Assembly (NCBI GenBank): GCA_040954595.2 | Contig: CM082583.2 | Span: 2,613,060 to 2,677,059, forward strand | Length of the DNA: 64,000 nt | Reading direction: 5' to 3' | Source of the DNA: Balanoglossus misakiensis | Lineage: Eukaryota > Animalia > Hemichordata | Shown: positions 14,095-28,565 of the stretch, piece by piece | How positions within the stretch are numbered: position 1 is the first letter of the stretch | Layout of the letters: each line of letters opens with the position of its first letter | The notes under the pieces: generated by a model | The model's database searches: none | What the model was told of the DNA's origin: nothing | What the model saw: the letters and a program-made list of their open reading frames with translations, nothing else | Program-made: the position numbers and the translations under genes

Positions 14095-17000
14095 TATGTA
14101 TGTCATAGAAAATAAATGACTGCCGCCTTATATACTAAGATCTGCCTCAAACTTGTAGCGATAAAACATTTTAGTCACAGAAATCATGTTAAACGTCAAC
14201 GGCCCTACAATTAGAATTGTTTGAAATGATGTATTCACTATTTTTCAACTTAAGCTCAAAAGTCTGAATTCATATGCCACGGAAATCAACTATTCATTTG
14301 GGTTCCCTACGTGACCATTTGTAAGTCACCCCCAGTCACCTATATATATTAAAGTATGATTTTTATTTCTCATTAGTCACGCTGGATGTGTTCATTTATG
14401 TTCCATTTTGATGTGCCTCTTTCCTGGATTAATCGCACAGCTTATTTTCTCTTGCGATCACAAAGTGTAAGACCTCAATGTGCGTTACTGCGCTTGGTAA
14501 AGAAGTAACTGTTGTGATTGTATCGAGCAAGTCCCCATTTCTTTCATGAGCAATTAAACACAGTCCCCGAACAAGGACATATAATAAATTGGTTCCCTAA
14601 ACCGGATTTGCGTATGACCAGCTTACCACGGAACTATCACGTCCTTGCACGTTATCGTCTAAATTATCACGTGATGCGGATATTTGTTTCCAAATCAAAT
14701 GTCCAAATCTGGTGGTTTGTTGTTACATACATTTCATTCAGGGGTAAGTTTGATTGATGCTGGGAAAAACAGCGGACACAAGGGTGATATGATTAGACAA
14801 CTTGAAATTTTAAACAAGAAAAGATACGGTGTGTGTTGGTTTTTCTATTGAGAGTCAAATTCTACTCTCTGAAACGCGTCTTAAATGAAGCAAAATGTGA
14901 GCCGAATGTTTGTATGTTCGTTAGGTATGTTATCACAGTGATATCGTAGAAGCAATTTGATCTGTGTCATGGGGAATTATGAGAGGGCAAAACAAGTACC
15001 ATGCAACAGACAGCACACACTGTGCAATGCACGGATTATGAAATGAAGCCAAACTTAGCACTTTTTTTACAGTGAACAAACAAGTTAATTAGTGTGTTAT
15101 GTTAGGTTAAGTCTGTTGAGATGACAATCGGTCGCTTGGCAACGTAATGTTAAATATGATATAATAGCACAGTTCGTTAATAATTAAGGCATTTGCTATC
15201 AGCGTACTTATATTCAGCTAGCCTTGTTCTGGCCCAGAATTTGACGCATATTTTCAGCTGACGAAAGACTCCTCAGATTATATTTGGCATCTTGCTAAAG
15301 CTTTGGTGATAATTCATTGTCACTCTAGTGCACTCCCGTAAATTTTCATAACTGAAATTTAATGCTACACTGTTGCCATGGTATATGTTCTCGTATGTAT
15401 ACTGTTTCATTGATAATGCAAAACTTCAAACATTAATCAATACGACATGTTTTACAGTGCATCTTTTGTCGTATTTTAAAGATTTCCAAACCAGTTTTTG
15501 GTATTTGCTCGAAACTTGGTCGCACGTGGCAAAACAGTAAATAAGTGTTAAATCATATTTAATTGCCCGTTATTGCAAACTACCAGTAGGAATCAATCTT
15601 TCATTTTCGATCCGCAATGAAGTTTTCGTATGAATTTATAGGAGTGATGTTTTGCGCACCAGTTGAGTAAATGGACCTGTGACTTGTTATACCAAAATTA
15701 TCTGAAGAGAATATCGTAATCATATGCTAAGGAGGTTGACTATTTTTCATTCATTTTCGCGTTTTGTCATGTTCGTGCAGTGTTTACAGCCAGCTCCATA
15801 CTTTCGCAATATCCTGTTCCGCTGCTTAATTTACCATCGATGTGTGCTTGTATGTTGATGATATCCATTTTGGTGAAATCATTCGACAGACCTCCTGCAT
15901 GTAATCTGCCAAAACTTAACCTACAAGAACATGTTAGGCGGTCTGAAGCGATTGTTCTGCAGCTTCCCCCAGGATAGGAAGCTTTTCCAAATTATGTTTT
16001 ATGCCAAGCATTGCAGTTTATTTGTATAGTAGGATAGAATATTTTCTTCAATAGTGTACGACAAGACAAATACGAAATTCAAATATAACGATATCAGAGT
16101 GATTTCTAATAGAACTCAGTAAATACTCAATGCAATTGATTGATACAAGAAGTGTACATGACATCAAATTGTAACTTTAAAATATTTGAATAATCATTCA
16201 CATTACACCCTTTGCCTACTGCAAGTAAGTGATTATTAAAGCTAAATTCAGAAACAGAAGATCACATACACCAGCATTAGACAATGTGCATTTTATGCAA
16301 TCAAGTCACAATGTCCTACCTCAGCTAAAAAGGTGAAATGCCTACTTTGAATCCAAACCGACAACAAAATCTCACGCAGTTTTATGTGTCCTTTAAATCG
16401 CCAAGTCATATGCACATTTGACATTTGCTTTGAAAGGTCAACGCAATCGCTTTAAAAAGTAATCTCAGCCAATTAACTTTCCTCCAAGAGCAAGAAGTCC
16501 AACCAGAATATTGTTGTAAAGTTTGCCAATGGATTAAGTGTCCTGTGTGTAAAAGAGTGATCTACAAGTTAATTCTAATTTCATTTAAAAAATTGTATCT
16601 GATTTAAAATAACATTCCGCGATTTTTAAAAAATCGACCTTTGTCGGCCCATAAGCATTGGTTTGACATAACCACACGAGTGTTTCTTGGAATTATGTTA
16701 CCTCTAAGAACGGCCATGGATAATGACTAGAGACGGCAATCACAGCATGCAAAAGACTAGCCTAATTCTATTATAAGTTGCTTTTCTCGCATGATGTATT
16801 TCACCCTGGAAATCTGCGCACGAACAGCCACGAGGATGTAATAATCTGCACATGCCTGCAATGCAGGAATTGTAATCCACTCAGACTATAGTGTGCTAAT
16901 TGAGATATTTTCAACGAAACATCAGTTATTATTTGATGAAAACACTGAGCTTTTAATGGGTTAAAGAAACCCAAAATGTCTAGCCCATGTACGCCAAATC

Positions 17001-18989
17001 GTGCTACGGATGTAAAACCCTATTCCATTCCTGCAAAAACGGTTAACTGATAATTTCATGTTAAATTTTCCATATTCTATTTGATTCTTGAAGCGGACGT
17101 GTGTATCTACAATGCAACCATACGGTGCAGGAATACAAGTACATACTGGCGTGGATTTTTTTTATCAATCTGTAGTCTCGACAAATTCAGCCAAAGTTAC
17201 ATTTACGAAATATCGCCCATGCAAGAGCGGTAAATCGACTGTATTGCAACCATTGGTGACGCAAGTTAATATTTAAGTGTATGTGGTTTACTAATCGGTA
17301 ATTAATGACATATATTACCTTCAGTTTGATGATATGATAGAGCTCTGTTCTATTTTCTCATCTCATTATGACAATTTAAAAAGCACTGGCGTGATTTCTA
17401 TGGGGATTAATTATGAAAAGTCAACTCATACGTATGTTTATCATCAAACACGTTTCTTTAAGCGACAATAACGAAATATTTTAAATATCATAAAAGTATT
17501 AACATTTCTGTCAACATGTTCATTATTCTTATATTGTAAAAGCGTACGCATGCGGCAGTATAAAATGCTGGCGACAAAATTGCATTGGGATTAAGGGACG
17601 TATTTTATTACCTTTATGATGCTTGGGAACACAATGTTATGGCCATCAACAATTATTTTCATTTATCTTTATTGAACCGCCATAATTTTTAATAATAAAA
17701 TCACATTTCAATTTAATACTATAGCTTTAATATCAGTAAAATTTATATTGACATTGATAATAACACGGATTTTGACCGATGAAAACATGGCGGTCATTTT
17801 ATCTGAAAGCAATAGTATCAGTTGGTAGTTGGTATGGAAACAAACACATCAGTTTAACATAATGGACTTAAGAATTAAAGATATTACGGCTTCTATTGTC
17901 GCAAATAGAAGAGTAATTTATAGTTGCTAGATATAATATGTATCAGTCGTAAACATGAAGTGACACATTTTAGATCACATACAGTTTGAAATATCTTATT
18001 GAATGGTGATTTCAATATCTTCAGACCAGTTATTGAGTCTGTGTACACGAAGGGTTATTTCTCCGTATCATCTTCACTTGTCAATTTTTTTTAGTTATCT
18101 CTCATCGAACTTATTACCATTTCCATTAAAGTCAGTGTGGCGAGCCAGGATTTATTGCGAATCAAGGATATTATAATTTGGAGCATATCGAAAACAAACC
18201 GCTCACAGGCCACAAAATCTGTTGCTGCTTGGCCGAACAATCCTTCTCCCATAATGTTCATAAACTTTTTATGTTTTTTTTAGATTTCATTCTGAGGTTA
18301 TTCAGTTTTGAACTGGTACAAGAAGTTTATACATTTTTCGGTTGACTTTACAATATGGCTGCAAATATACGCCTCCCTAGTTATTGAAATTTAGATATCA
18401 TATACATACTAGGAATTAATGTTGCACATCCGCGAGATGAGTTCTATTTTCACTTTTAAAACATAGTATCATCTTCGGTATATTTAGAGAAATCTCGTCC
18501 GGCATGACTGTTACAAAGTCAATTAATCTCAATGTTTAGTACACCGATAAGTCACTTTTGTCTTCACAAGTCAACACTGACACAACTGATATTGCTTGAA
18601 ATGTGTTCTTAACAGGCAGCACGTCTTGTGAAAGAAAAATACTTAGATGATGTTACTACCCGGGCTTTAATAAGCATGCGCTACTTATTTTTTTTATCAA
18701 CCGTGAAAGACATGTTTAATTTTCTTCCGCGTTACGAAGTCAGGATCACAACATTTAAACGTAATTTGAACTCAACTACAGTGCAGGCTAACCAATTTAC
18801 AAAAGTGGGCAACCAATTTGTACATTATATGTACGTCAGACAAAATCTGGATGCCGGATATGATTTCATGGTTACATTCAACTGTGTCAGTCGCGTATAG
18901 GCGCGATCGCCGAGTAAACAACGCATAACCACCACACGACTGTGGTTACATTGAATTCACTGTTTTCACCGAAGGTTTGGTCTTTCAGG

Positions 18990-20735
18990 CTATGTGAAGC
19001 ATGCAGATAGCTTTTTCTACCGACGATTGCACATCAAACAGTGCATTCAGCATTCATGTATGTTTTCTTAAAGAATGTACAATAGGAAATCTGAGAGTAA
19101 ATTTTCTATTTGTGAATTTTTCAAAGGCATTTGACAGAGTGAATCATTCTTTACTTTTGTATATACTTTCCATCCTTGGTGTTTCTGGTAATAGTTTTAA
19201 TATCCTTCGTTCAATGTATTATAACGTAAAATCGTGTATAAAGTCGGGGTCAAAGGTTTTAAATTACTTTCACTGTCAGTCGGGTGTTAGGCTGGGTTGC
19301 TTTGTGCTGTACTGGTTACTTGGTGCTGTACTGGTTACTTTCTTTATTGAAGAGCTGAATGACGTGTTAAATAATTCTCGTAACATGGCAGATATGTTTA
19401 ACTTATGTTCGCTGTTATATACTGATGGTGTTGCAATTTGTGCTGACTCTGTTTAAAATTTACAGAAGTTGATAAATGTTTTGCGAGAATTTTGCAGTGA
19501 ATGGGCGATGGCGGTTAATATTAAGAAGACATAAAAAAGGTTTTCCGTAACGGAGGCCATAGAGCTCGCACAGAAAAGTGGACTTTGAATGGGCAACATA
19601 TTGAAGTCGTTTCGTATTACAAATACCTTGGTCTTGTATTATCATCAAGAAATAGGTGGGGCAGAGCGGTCACATCAGTCGAGCAAGCCAATAAAGCACT
19701 GGCGCTGTTATCTGCTACAAGTGGAACAATTGGGAGTTTCCCATACAATACACATTTTATGGTTTTTGACACAACTATTTTACCAATTATGATTTACGCT
19801 TCTGAAATTTGGGGGTTTCAGTACTATGAAAAACTTCAAAAGATACAAGGAAAATGGTGTAAGGCATTTTTAGGTTTGCCATCAAGTGCAACAAACGAAG
19901 CTGTTGTAGGGGAATGTGGCAGGCTTCCAATGCTTGTACACTCGCTGAAACGCTGCATCAAATACTGGTTAAGAATATTAGTATTTACACCCACAAGATT
20001 GCCACGCCAAGCGTATGTCATGCTTTGCCAACTTGACGAATTAGGTAGACATAACTGGGTCACATCGATTAAGCATGTTTTGTACTCATATGGTTTTGGT
20101 TGTGTCTGGATGGCACAGAAGTCGGTAACAAAGACGTTTTCTGAAGCGAGTTTGAAAAGAGGGTAAAAGGTACTTGTAAGCAACAATGGTGGGGTAACAT
20201 CACTCGAAGACAACAATTTCGCACATATGTAGGGTTCAAGAGCGCCCTATAACCAGAAAAATATATTCTATTAAATATTAATTTCAAAATAAGATAAACA
20301 CTTACATGTTTTATTTGCTCATGCCTCCCTTTAAGTGTAGAAAGGGGCAAACATGTGGATGTTATTTCAACCGAACGATTTTGTGAAATATGTAATACTA
20401 ACAAGAGTTGAAGACGAGTTTCATTTCTTGTTAGAATGTCCTACCTATCACACTATCAAACCAATTTATTTACCCAAAGATATTTAACTCACCCCAATAT
20501 ATGGAACTTTCAGCGTGTATTACGTGCACGTGTTCAACCTGTGTATTTTTTTCTTTTTAAAGCTTTTCAGATGCGAAAAGAAATTCTTTGTAATTAAAAT
20601 GATGACAATCATGTTCGTTAATCATAGACTTATTATTCTTAAATGAGCTGTTAATTTATTTGCAGTTTTTGACGTGTAACTCCATTGCAAAGGGGCCGGA
20701 GACCTTGAAATACAAATAAACAATCCAATACAATA
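18990..20735 (+). mobile_element. 5'-truncated dead non-LTR retrotransposon (RT plus C-terminal CCHC), RTE-X-like
   Basis: RT motifs FVNFSKAFDRV, SGVRLGC (from GVRQG), LLYTDGV (decayed YADD) and IEVVSYYKYLG. Then GECGRLP..KYWLRIL..RLPRQAY..NWV..YGFGCVW and the zinc knuckle RFCEIC..VEDEFHFLLECP (about 20376-20443). AATAAA near 20715 followed by a short CAATA-type tail. Multiple stops and frameshifts. Confidence 0.9.
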
Positions 20736-22420
20736 GGTAATCGGCAATTGAAACATTCACCGTTTTTATTTCTCAAATGACAGGTAAAAGTGAGGTACCT
20801 CATGATCAAACTGCTTTCTAGAATGAATATGCTAAGTATTGCAATATTATCCCAGTTAACAATGAAAAGTCAATATATTTGGGTATTTCACGGGCATCTT
20901 CTTCCTAATAGCTGATTGTGTCAATCGTCTAAAGAGTCCAATTACGTTAATGTACAGAGGGCCAATTCGTTCAAAGTTGGGTGCATAGCACTTTAATAAA
21001 GTATGTTTATTAAAGCGAAGCTCACTTGACAGCTGTATTTTAATCACAATCGCACGGTTTCGTGAGCTGGATCATGACTAAACTATGCCAAAGATAGAAT
21101 GCACTATCAGTAAAGTATTTTTTTTTATTAATCTCGGTCAACTTCGGGTAGGATTTTCCTTACTAAAATCATTTACTTCTAACTGCAAAATCCTCAAATC
21201 ATATTACCAAGGGTGAACCAACACTATTTCGTCTTCTATGAAGACCGACTCCGTGTGATGATGGTTTATCTCAAAGTTTGTCGAGTGTTTACTCCTAAAC
21301 TTGCCTAGCAGAGGGAAATGACCTGTAAAATATCCTTCGTGCGTTTCTGTGACCTCATAAGTCTTGAGATTACAATGATCACCACTGCTCGTTAACTTCG
21401 CAGGATGCTGTATCTCAATCAATCATTGAGAATGACATAAAAGTCATTGTGGATTTGTCTATATTATTTCTGCTGCGATTACACCATTCACCCGTGTACC
21501 TATATTCTATTTGTAAATAATTTATGAGAAACCTGATGACTTAGGGCAGTTAACTGTTCGTTACGCATAGCGCGGTGTTGACATATTCGCAGTCATCTGT
21601 ACTTAGCTCCCACAGAAGCAAATGTTAAATTGATTTCTGCCTGTCAGAATGCCTGTGTATCTTCCTGTCTATCTCTCTGTGTCGGTCTGTGTCAGCGATA
21701 TCTCAAAAAGGTTCGTCTTCAAACCAGGTTTGGTCGAAAGGCTAACAGTATGTTCATGCAATTAACGACAAATTTGCGTATCTGCATTGTTAATTTACGA
21801 TTTTTACAGTTAATGAAATAAAAAAAAACTTGCTAGTATGCTGTAGTAACCTCACAAGAGTATGATTCCATTAAAGCACCACCGTTTTTTTCACATGCAT
21901 GATTTTCATGATTTTTCTTTAACGAGAACAATATCTCGCACACATAAGCTTACCTTCTGGTGTGTATTATCTGGTTATTAATCTCTGACGGGAAAAATAG
22001 CAGTAAATACTGAGTATAAATATACATATATGATAAATTATTCACAACTTGAACGGAGCTCCCTCCGTCGAACATACATATATTGAGCTGTGTTGGATTG
22101 AGTACATTATTATTCAAAAAAAAAAGATTAAAAAAATGATTCGCGGGTGTGCTTGCTCTGTTCTCAGTTTGGAATGTGTTTAATATATAGTGGCACTGAT
22201 GGAGAATGGACCGAGGCAACGTTGACAAATGCGTAACAGAAAGAATTGGTTAAAAACTGATCGTGTGGTATACTTGTGGGTGGAGAAGGACACACATATT
22301 CAGTTTGCACTGAAGTTTCGTACAGAAGAATTGTACAGAAATGTCATTGCTTTTGTACGAAATGGTTTACGGAGTCTACATAGTGCAAAATTAGCCATAA
22401 TATATACTGACCTGTATAAT

Positions 22421-22516
22421 ATTTCATGCGCCTCCATTGGGATTTTCATTGACATAACCGAACACTACCGCGTGTTCGGTTATGTCTATAAAAATCCCAA
22501 TGGAGGCGCATGAAAT
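22421..22516. repeat. 96-bp near-perfect foldback, MITE-like
   Basis: 45-bp arms ATTTCATGCGCCTCCATTGGGATTTTcATtGACATAACCGAACAC and its complement, with two mismatches and a 6-nt loop TACCGC. Confidence 0.85.
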
Positions 22517-23356
22517 CTTCTCAAGTCTCACATTGAAAGAAGAGATAGTGGAGTACTAGTATGATAGAGACTTAAAGGCTTCGTAGAAATGGACGCAATT
22601 AATAAATTCATGTCATGGTAGCTGGAGGTAGATCTTACCTGAGGCCGGTGTCCATGAATTACATTTTACCCGAACCGGAAATTTGAAGATCCCAATCACA
22701 AATGATTTCAGAACACTTCGGGCATATATTTGATTTGAGTTCACACTGTCTACGGAAAGGCGAACTTAGAATTCATGAATGTAGGATCATTTTGGCTGGA
22801 GTGTGTGTACAGGTCAAATCCAAGGATTGTTTCACTCCACTGCAATGTCCATACATTCTTGATCGATGGCTATTGGCTGTTTAGCATACATAGATAAACC
22901 AACCCAGAAAACACTCGATTCAGTAGATTAGGCCTTAAGTACTGCAGTTCAGATGTTCAGGACGTTTGGTGAAATATTGATTCCTTCCTGCCAATTGAGA
23001 CTGCTCAAGAGGTGAAAAGCATGCTGCATCGCTGTATGTTGGTAATTCAACAATGTCATCACCGCGAATTCGGCTCTCTAAAGAAATGAAACGTGACACG
23101 TATAGGTCGTGTGTGATCAAGTTACATACCGTAGGTATGTATGCTTTGCGCATTTAAATTAAAATAGTACACTTGTTAACTGTTCACTTCTGCTGTCGGA
23201 TGAGTCGAAGAAATATATATGAACATACCTAATGCATTGAAATAGAATATTTCCATTATAATAATGTGGATATTTCATCTTGGAATGCGTAAATAGACAT
23301 ATCTGATAAAGCCTACAGTTTGGTTTCATTCAAACGTATCATTCTCATATTTGCAG

Positions 23357-23432
23357 GGGAAAAACCGGTTTTGTCATATCTTTTTTCCATAAGGCTGACA
23401 TCACCACTTCCCTGTCACCGTTAGGACCTCTG
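23357..23432 (+). other. Candidate small internal exon
   Basis: Acceptor ttctcatatttgcAG| and donor CTG|GTAAGG. One open frame (GKTGFVISFFHKADITTSLSPLGPL) with no recognisable homology. Confidence 0.2.
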
Positions 23433-23676
23433 GTAAGGTTCGTGATCGATCCGTTTTTTTTCTTATATCAATGGTTGGATCAAACATGACTTAAATGACA
23501 TTTGCGCTTTGCAGGGTGTGTAATCCTTAAAATGTAAGACATAAGGTTTCGATCATGGTATTCCCGTGCTTAACAGGAAAAGTTACAATTTTGATAGTCA
23601 GTAACGATATTATGGTATATACTCACTATACGATTCCTTCAATTTGTTCTCACGTGATTGAAATCATTGGAGAAAT

Positions 23677-23726
23677 GCCTTTTCTGTGTGTGTGTGACTG
23701 TGTGTGTGACTGAGTGTGTGTGTGTT

Positions 23727-23758
<32 letters not shown>

Positions 23759-23991
23759 CTAAGCCCATACGTATGCGCGTTGCATTTGTCACGTACGCCC
23801 ATTCAATAAGTTATATCGCCCTCGTCAAGATTTAGATCTAATTCGTGACGAACTTTCACCAAACACTATTCAGTTTTTGCTATTTGCAAGCAGAACTTGT
23901 GTACCAAAGCTCATCGAAGTCTGGTGTGCCGTTCTTGCGAATTCGTGCTAACAGTAACATACACACAGAAAAGGCGACGACATTACTCCCC
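23677..23991. mobile_element. Short microsatellite-bearing element, HINE-like, with a 15-bp inverted repeat
   Basis: GCCTTTTCTGTGTGT (23677-23691) is the reverse complement of ACACACAGAAAAGGC (23961-23975). (GT)n and (TCTG)n lie inside. The right end ACAGAAAAGGCGRCGACATTAC recurs at 57419-57440. Confidence 0.6.
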
Positions 23992-26900
23992 TGATACTGA
24001 ATCACGTGAGTAGAAATGGACGGTTTTAATCAAAACCACATTAAGATAAAAAAAAGTGGTTACATGTAACACCAAGCATAGCTGCTGTCTATAAACTCCA
24101 CATTTTGACTGAAATTTAAAAAAAATGCAGTCACAAAACAAAATAGGCTGATGGTACAGTGCCACTCATGCTCAGTTTCAATCGCGCATTTAGAGAATAA
24201 TCGTTAATGCAACCGCGCTTGCATAGGGCATTTACGAAAGCCGTTAATAAGCTTTTTACTTACTTTTTCAAAATTAGGGAATTAATAATGACCATTTTCG
24301 CTGGGACTAAATCTAGCGTTAATGCGATAACTTGAATGACTCCTCAGTAACGATTACCTGAGGTTAGTCATGTAAGAACTTAATCTAGTAACTGTTCCTA
24401 TTATATAACACATATTAGTCAGTGTTTTGGTTATATTTCTACAAATCGCACGACCTAAATGCAATGATTTTTGAATTTTGTCTGTACAACAGTAGTTCCA
24501 TCTTTAAAATTGTGAGAGGCTTGTGACTATATGTTTCAATCCCACATTTCTTGGACAAATAAATTGTCTATACATAATACCTCAATTTCATCTGAAATCT
24601 CTGTTTATGTAACGTTCTGATGTGTCATCAAAATGTGCATTAGCAGAACTGTTTCTTTATTTTTGGTTTGAAAAATACGGATCTGGGAAAATGTATTTGA
24701 AAGACTGTAACTATCCCCCCTGTTGATCGATGGTCATTAAACTCAACAATCACAAACGCAAGTAAAGTGTACAAGCGAAACTGTGTGTTAAGATTGTTTA
24801 TTACACCTCACGTTTTATGTCGTTCTAGTGATTGGCTGAGACGCACACACGAGATATAGAAAACAAAAGCGTTATGACTTGGCTGGGGGTGACAAATCCC
24901 ATGTTGTGTGTGGTGATATTGCCCGCTGGGTTGTTATGGTGTTCTCCATACCATTCCTGCATGCGCTTACCATAGCTGTTTAGTCGGACGATATTCTCCT
25001 GCAAGTGAACAGTTAACACACCAGAATGGCAACTAACAGCGCGGTACCCCAGTTATAATCTGAGTTCGAAGTAGGTATACAACGGTTGCGGAACGCGGAA
25101 ATGGTCCCGGAGCAGACGTTTCGTCTTTTGGGCCACCGTTTTATGGAGATCGAGACCCTCAGATCACTGCAACGTACGACATGCGTTTTGCTATGCTGTT
25201 TTAAATGTTCGATGTAATAAATGGCACATCTCTGACCATAATATTGATGATACCCTCGCCTCGACTGGGGCATCTTCAATTATGGTCAGAGATCACTATC
25301 CCTCGTGCAAGCTACATATTTGATGTTGCCCTCGCCAACATGTGTTATTTTTTTTTATTAAAAAATGTTTTGTCGTGTCAATTTGTTCAAATTGGAACAT
25401 TGTAACATAGTTAGAAAGTTTTTAGGACACAGTTTTGAATTAAGCAGTTATCACCGTAGTGGACATCGTTTACAAAATAGAAAGTACTAGTAGTTTCTCT
25501 TGTTTAGATTGGCAAAAAAAACGCCACGAAATACCGTTTTATAGGCTTAACACGATTTAATCGTCACGTGACTTACCGGAGTTATTCAACCGAAAAACCG
25601 GCGGTAGAAAGCAGTTGCAAAATTACCTTCAGAAAGTCAAAATAGACGTGAGGGTTTAGGGACTAATTTCAGTTTGCATTAAAATAAAAGAACCATGAAA
25701 TACCAGTTTCATTTTGGGCGGCAACGCCGAGCAGTTCACATGTAATAATAAGATGTACAGACAAAACTGTTCAATGTGTGGCATTCAAGAGAAATGCTTG
25801 CTATTCATTGAAACCTAAAGTGGCATTGCAACATTTAAGAGTGGGTATAGACATTTTACAGCTGATCGGAGACAGCTGTGTCGTTAAATCATTTGTGAGG
25901 CTGGATTTACTAGTCGACATGAATGCATTATGTGTGTGGGAATGACAGTGTTGAGACGATTAACCTGGCAGTTGGAATCGTGTTTAGACATTTCTAAAAA
26001 CCTGTAAGCTTTATGACGATTTATGGGGACACAGATGTCCAACTATAGACATTGTTGAATTACTGCATAGGATTCTAGTTCAATAACTGTGCAAGTCAGA
26101 ACACACGAATGCATCCGCGCCCTTCTCGCTTAGAGTTCATTATTTTGATTTGAAACTATAACAGATCAGCGTAGACCCAATCCTACACGATTTATAAGTC
26201 ATAGTATATACCAGTGACAATAGCGATTTTACGTTATACAAATAATTTAAGTTCACTCTTGAATCAAAACTTCATTTATATAGGAACTCCGCGGCCTCTA
26301 TTCTATCGATCTATCGCTGTACGTAGTACAATGTATATAGTGCCAAATCGATTTCCATTGTTCTCATATACCTGTATGTGTCTTTTACCCATTATCCATC
26401 TATGTCCACATGCTCATGTGGATATCTTGCGCTAAATACATTTTTTCTGACTTTTGAATGCATTCATTCATTCATTCATCAAACATGAGTCTAACGATAG
26501 AAGGTTAGGATTGATTGGGTGTGTGGGTGGGTTATGGGTTGGTTGGTTGGTTGGTGGATGGATGGATGATTAATTCATGCACTCTTCATTTGGGTCGTAA
26601 AAATTTATCTGCGACATTGTTCATTTTTATACGGAAACAAGGTACAAATATAACTGCCGACGGAGGTCATATGACATTGTCTGAGAATAAAATTGTTATG
26701 TCAGCCCACAGCCAGAAGGCACATTTCTGCATGCTCTTAGTTGGCGACGTACATAAACGAATGTCACCAAGCTCAGCACTATAATAGTTAACCATTCAAC
26801 ACACGTGCACTTCCCAATTTACATAATCTCTGAATAAATGTGGTCCTACATGGCGATTGTTTTGTTATGCGTCCTGAGTAGTAATTCACATCTTGACCAA

Positions 26901-28565
26901 TTCTTTTCATAAGGATTACGTTCAGAGTTGTCTTAGGCTGTATGTTAAACGGGAACTGTGTTATTGGTAATGACTATACTGATTTGTATTTTGTACGCTT
27001 ATTAGTCTGTGAAAGAAAATTATGTATAAATATATGTTTAAAATCCGTTTAAATATTTCAGCCGTCCGTGTTCATCATTCATATTTTTTCGGAATATTGT
27101 GGTGGGTATTCAATGCGTGTTAATACAACGCATAGTTACTAGTAATCGATGCCTTTCGTAACTGTTCTGTAATGTGGTTTTTTTTAGTTTGTGAGTCATC
27201 ATTCATTAATCAAACAGAGACGCTTGCGAAAAGGGGCGCTCTGGTTAATTAGCGCACGAGTCAAAATTACAAAAGTCACAGATCATAGGAAATGAAATTA
27301 AAATATTTTCCTTTAGGCTGAATTTTAAGAAGTGATAAATTATAGGCAAATGGATGTGCGTGTCTTGGAGGCAGAATAAACTACGAACTTTTTCCTAATG
27401 TTGTAATTTTAGTCTCCAAATAGATATTTGTATTGTTGACACAGTTTCCTGGAAGCTCATTTAATTAAACTTTGATGTCGAGAACCAAATCAATGACAAA
27501 TCATAACCGAGTTAAGGTCGGATACATACACATAACATGAGTCCCTGCGGACTCAAAGTCTGGAGAAATATTAATATTCCGCACAGTAACTGACATGTAA
27601 TATAACTAGCTTTATGAATTACTTCTCAAGTAGTAAGCTCATTTTCACCTGACAATGTTTTACTTTGCGCTATTCCAACTTGCTCCCGACATAGTTCAAA
27701 GCATTATGTCTCTATATCAGAATTATACTTGGTAGCAATGAGTGGGTTACAGCATTTGAGTATGCCGTACAAACTACTGTTTAGATGTTCGCAAAAAACA
27801 GCACTTGTAACATTCCCAGAACGAGTCTGCAGAACCACAAACTCAAAAGATTGCCGTCCTTTTTTACAAAATTGCTTACTGTAAAGTCACAAATGTGTAA
27901 TATATGTTTTCATTCCGATTTAAACTAGTCTCGGGATTAATTGATTTTTAATCTCATGTTGTTCCCCACATATTATATGTTTTCTGTTAATACTTGAAGA
28001 TTATGATGCAAAATGTCTGTTCTCTTTCTTGTTTTGCTAAAACAATGCACGATTTGAAGTTGTTTTATTCAAAGAAGTGTAAATAAAAAGACAATGCCTC
28101 CAGGAGATCTCTTACAAGCAGTTGCATATACTGGAAAAAATGTATTTCCTTGGAAATTCACTTTTGTTTTCGAACAATGAGACTTTAAAGTGTCATCTGT
28201 CGATTTTTGCATAAATTATCGACTCGACTATACTAAAATGGCGATGCAACATGTTGTAAGTGACTCTTGGCAATATGTGACTTGCTGTCTCGTCACATAG
28301 AGAGAATCGTACTTGCTGGTTGATGTGAAAATTTAAGTCGAGTTGCAGTGACCCAGGTCATACGAAATCCTGTCCCCGGCCATTTTGTTTTACAAATCGT
28401 TAAATAGTTTTTCCCCAGCAGAGGGCTCTGGGAAACAATCGTGCGTATTTTCAAGAAGTTACAAGCCCCTTGTCGTACGTTCATATCGGCTTTGTTTAAA
28501 ACTGAGTGTACTGTCCTATAAAGGCCCATAGCAACGGACAAAAATATGCGGGTGCCCCATCTTAA

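Noticed and set aside
19836-20404. Minus-strand ORFs of 126 and 111 aa
   Set aside because: Antisense shadows of the LINE ORF2.
21208-21322. Minus-strand coding exon candidate
   Set aside because: Good acceptor but weak donor, no recognisable peptide, and no supporting neighbouring exons.
22632-22660. U1 snRNA-like start (CTTACCTG)
   Set aside because: Similarity ends after 8 nt. It is just the complement of a splice-donor-like sequence.
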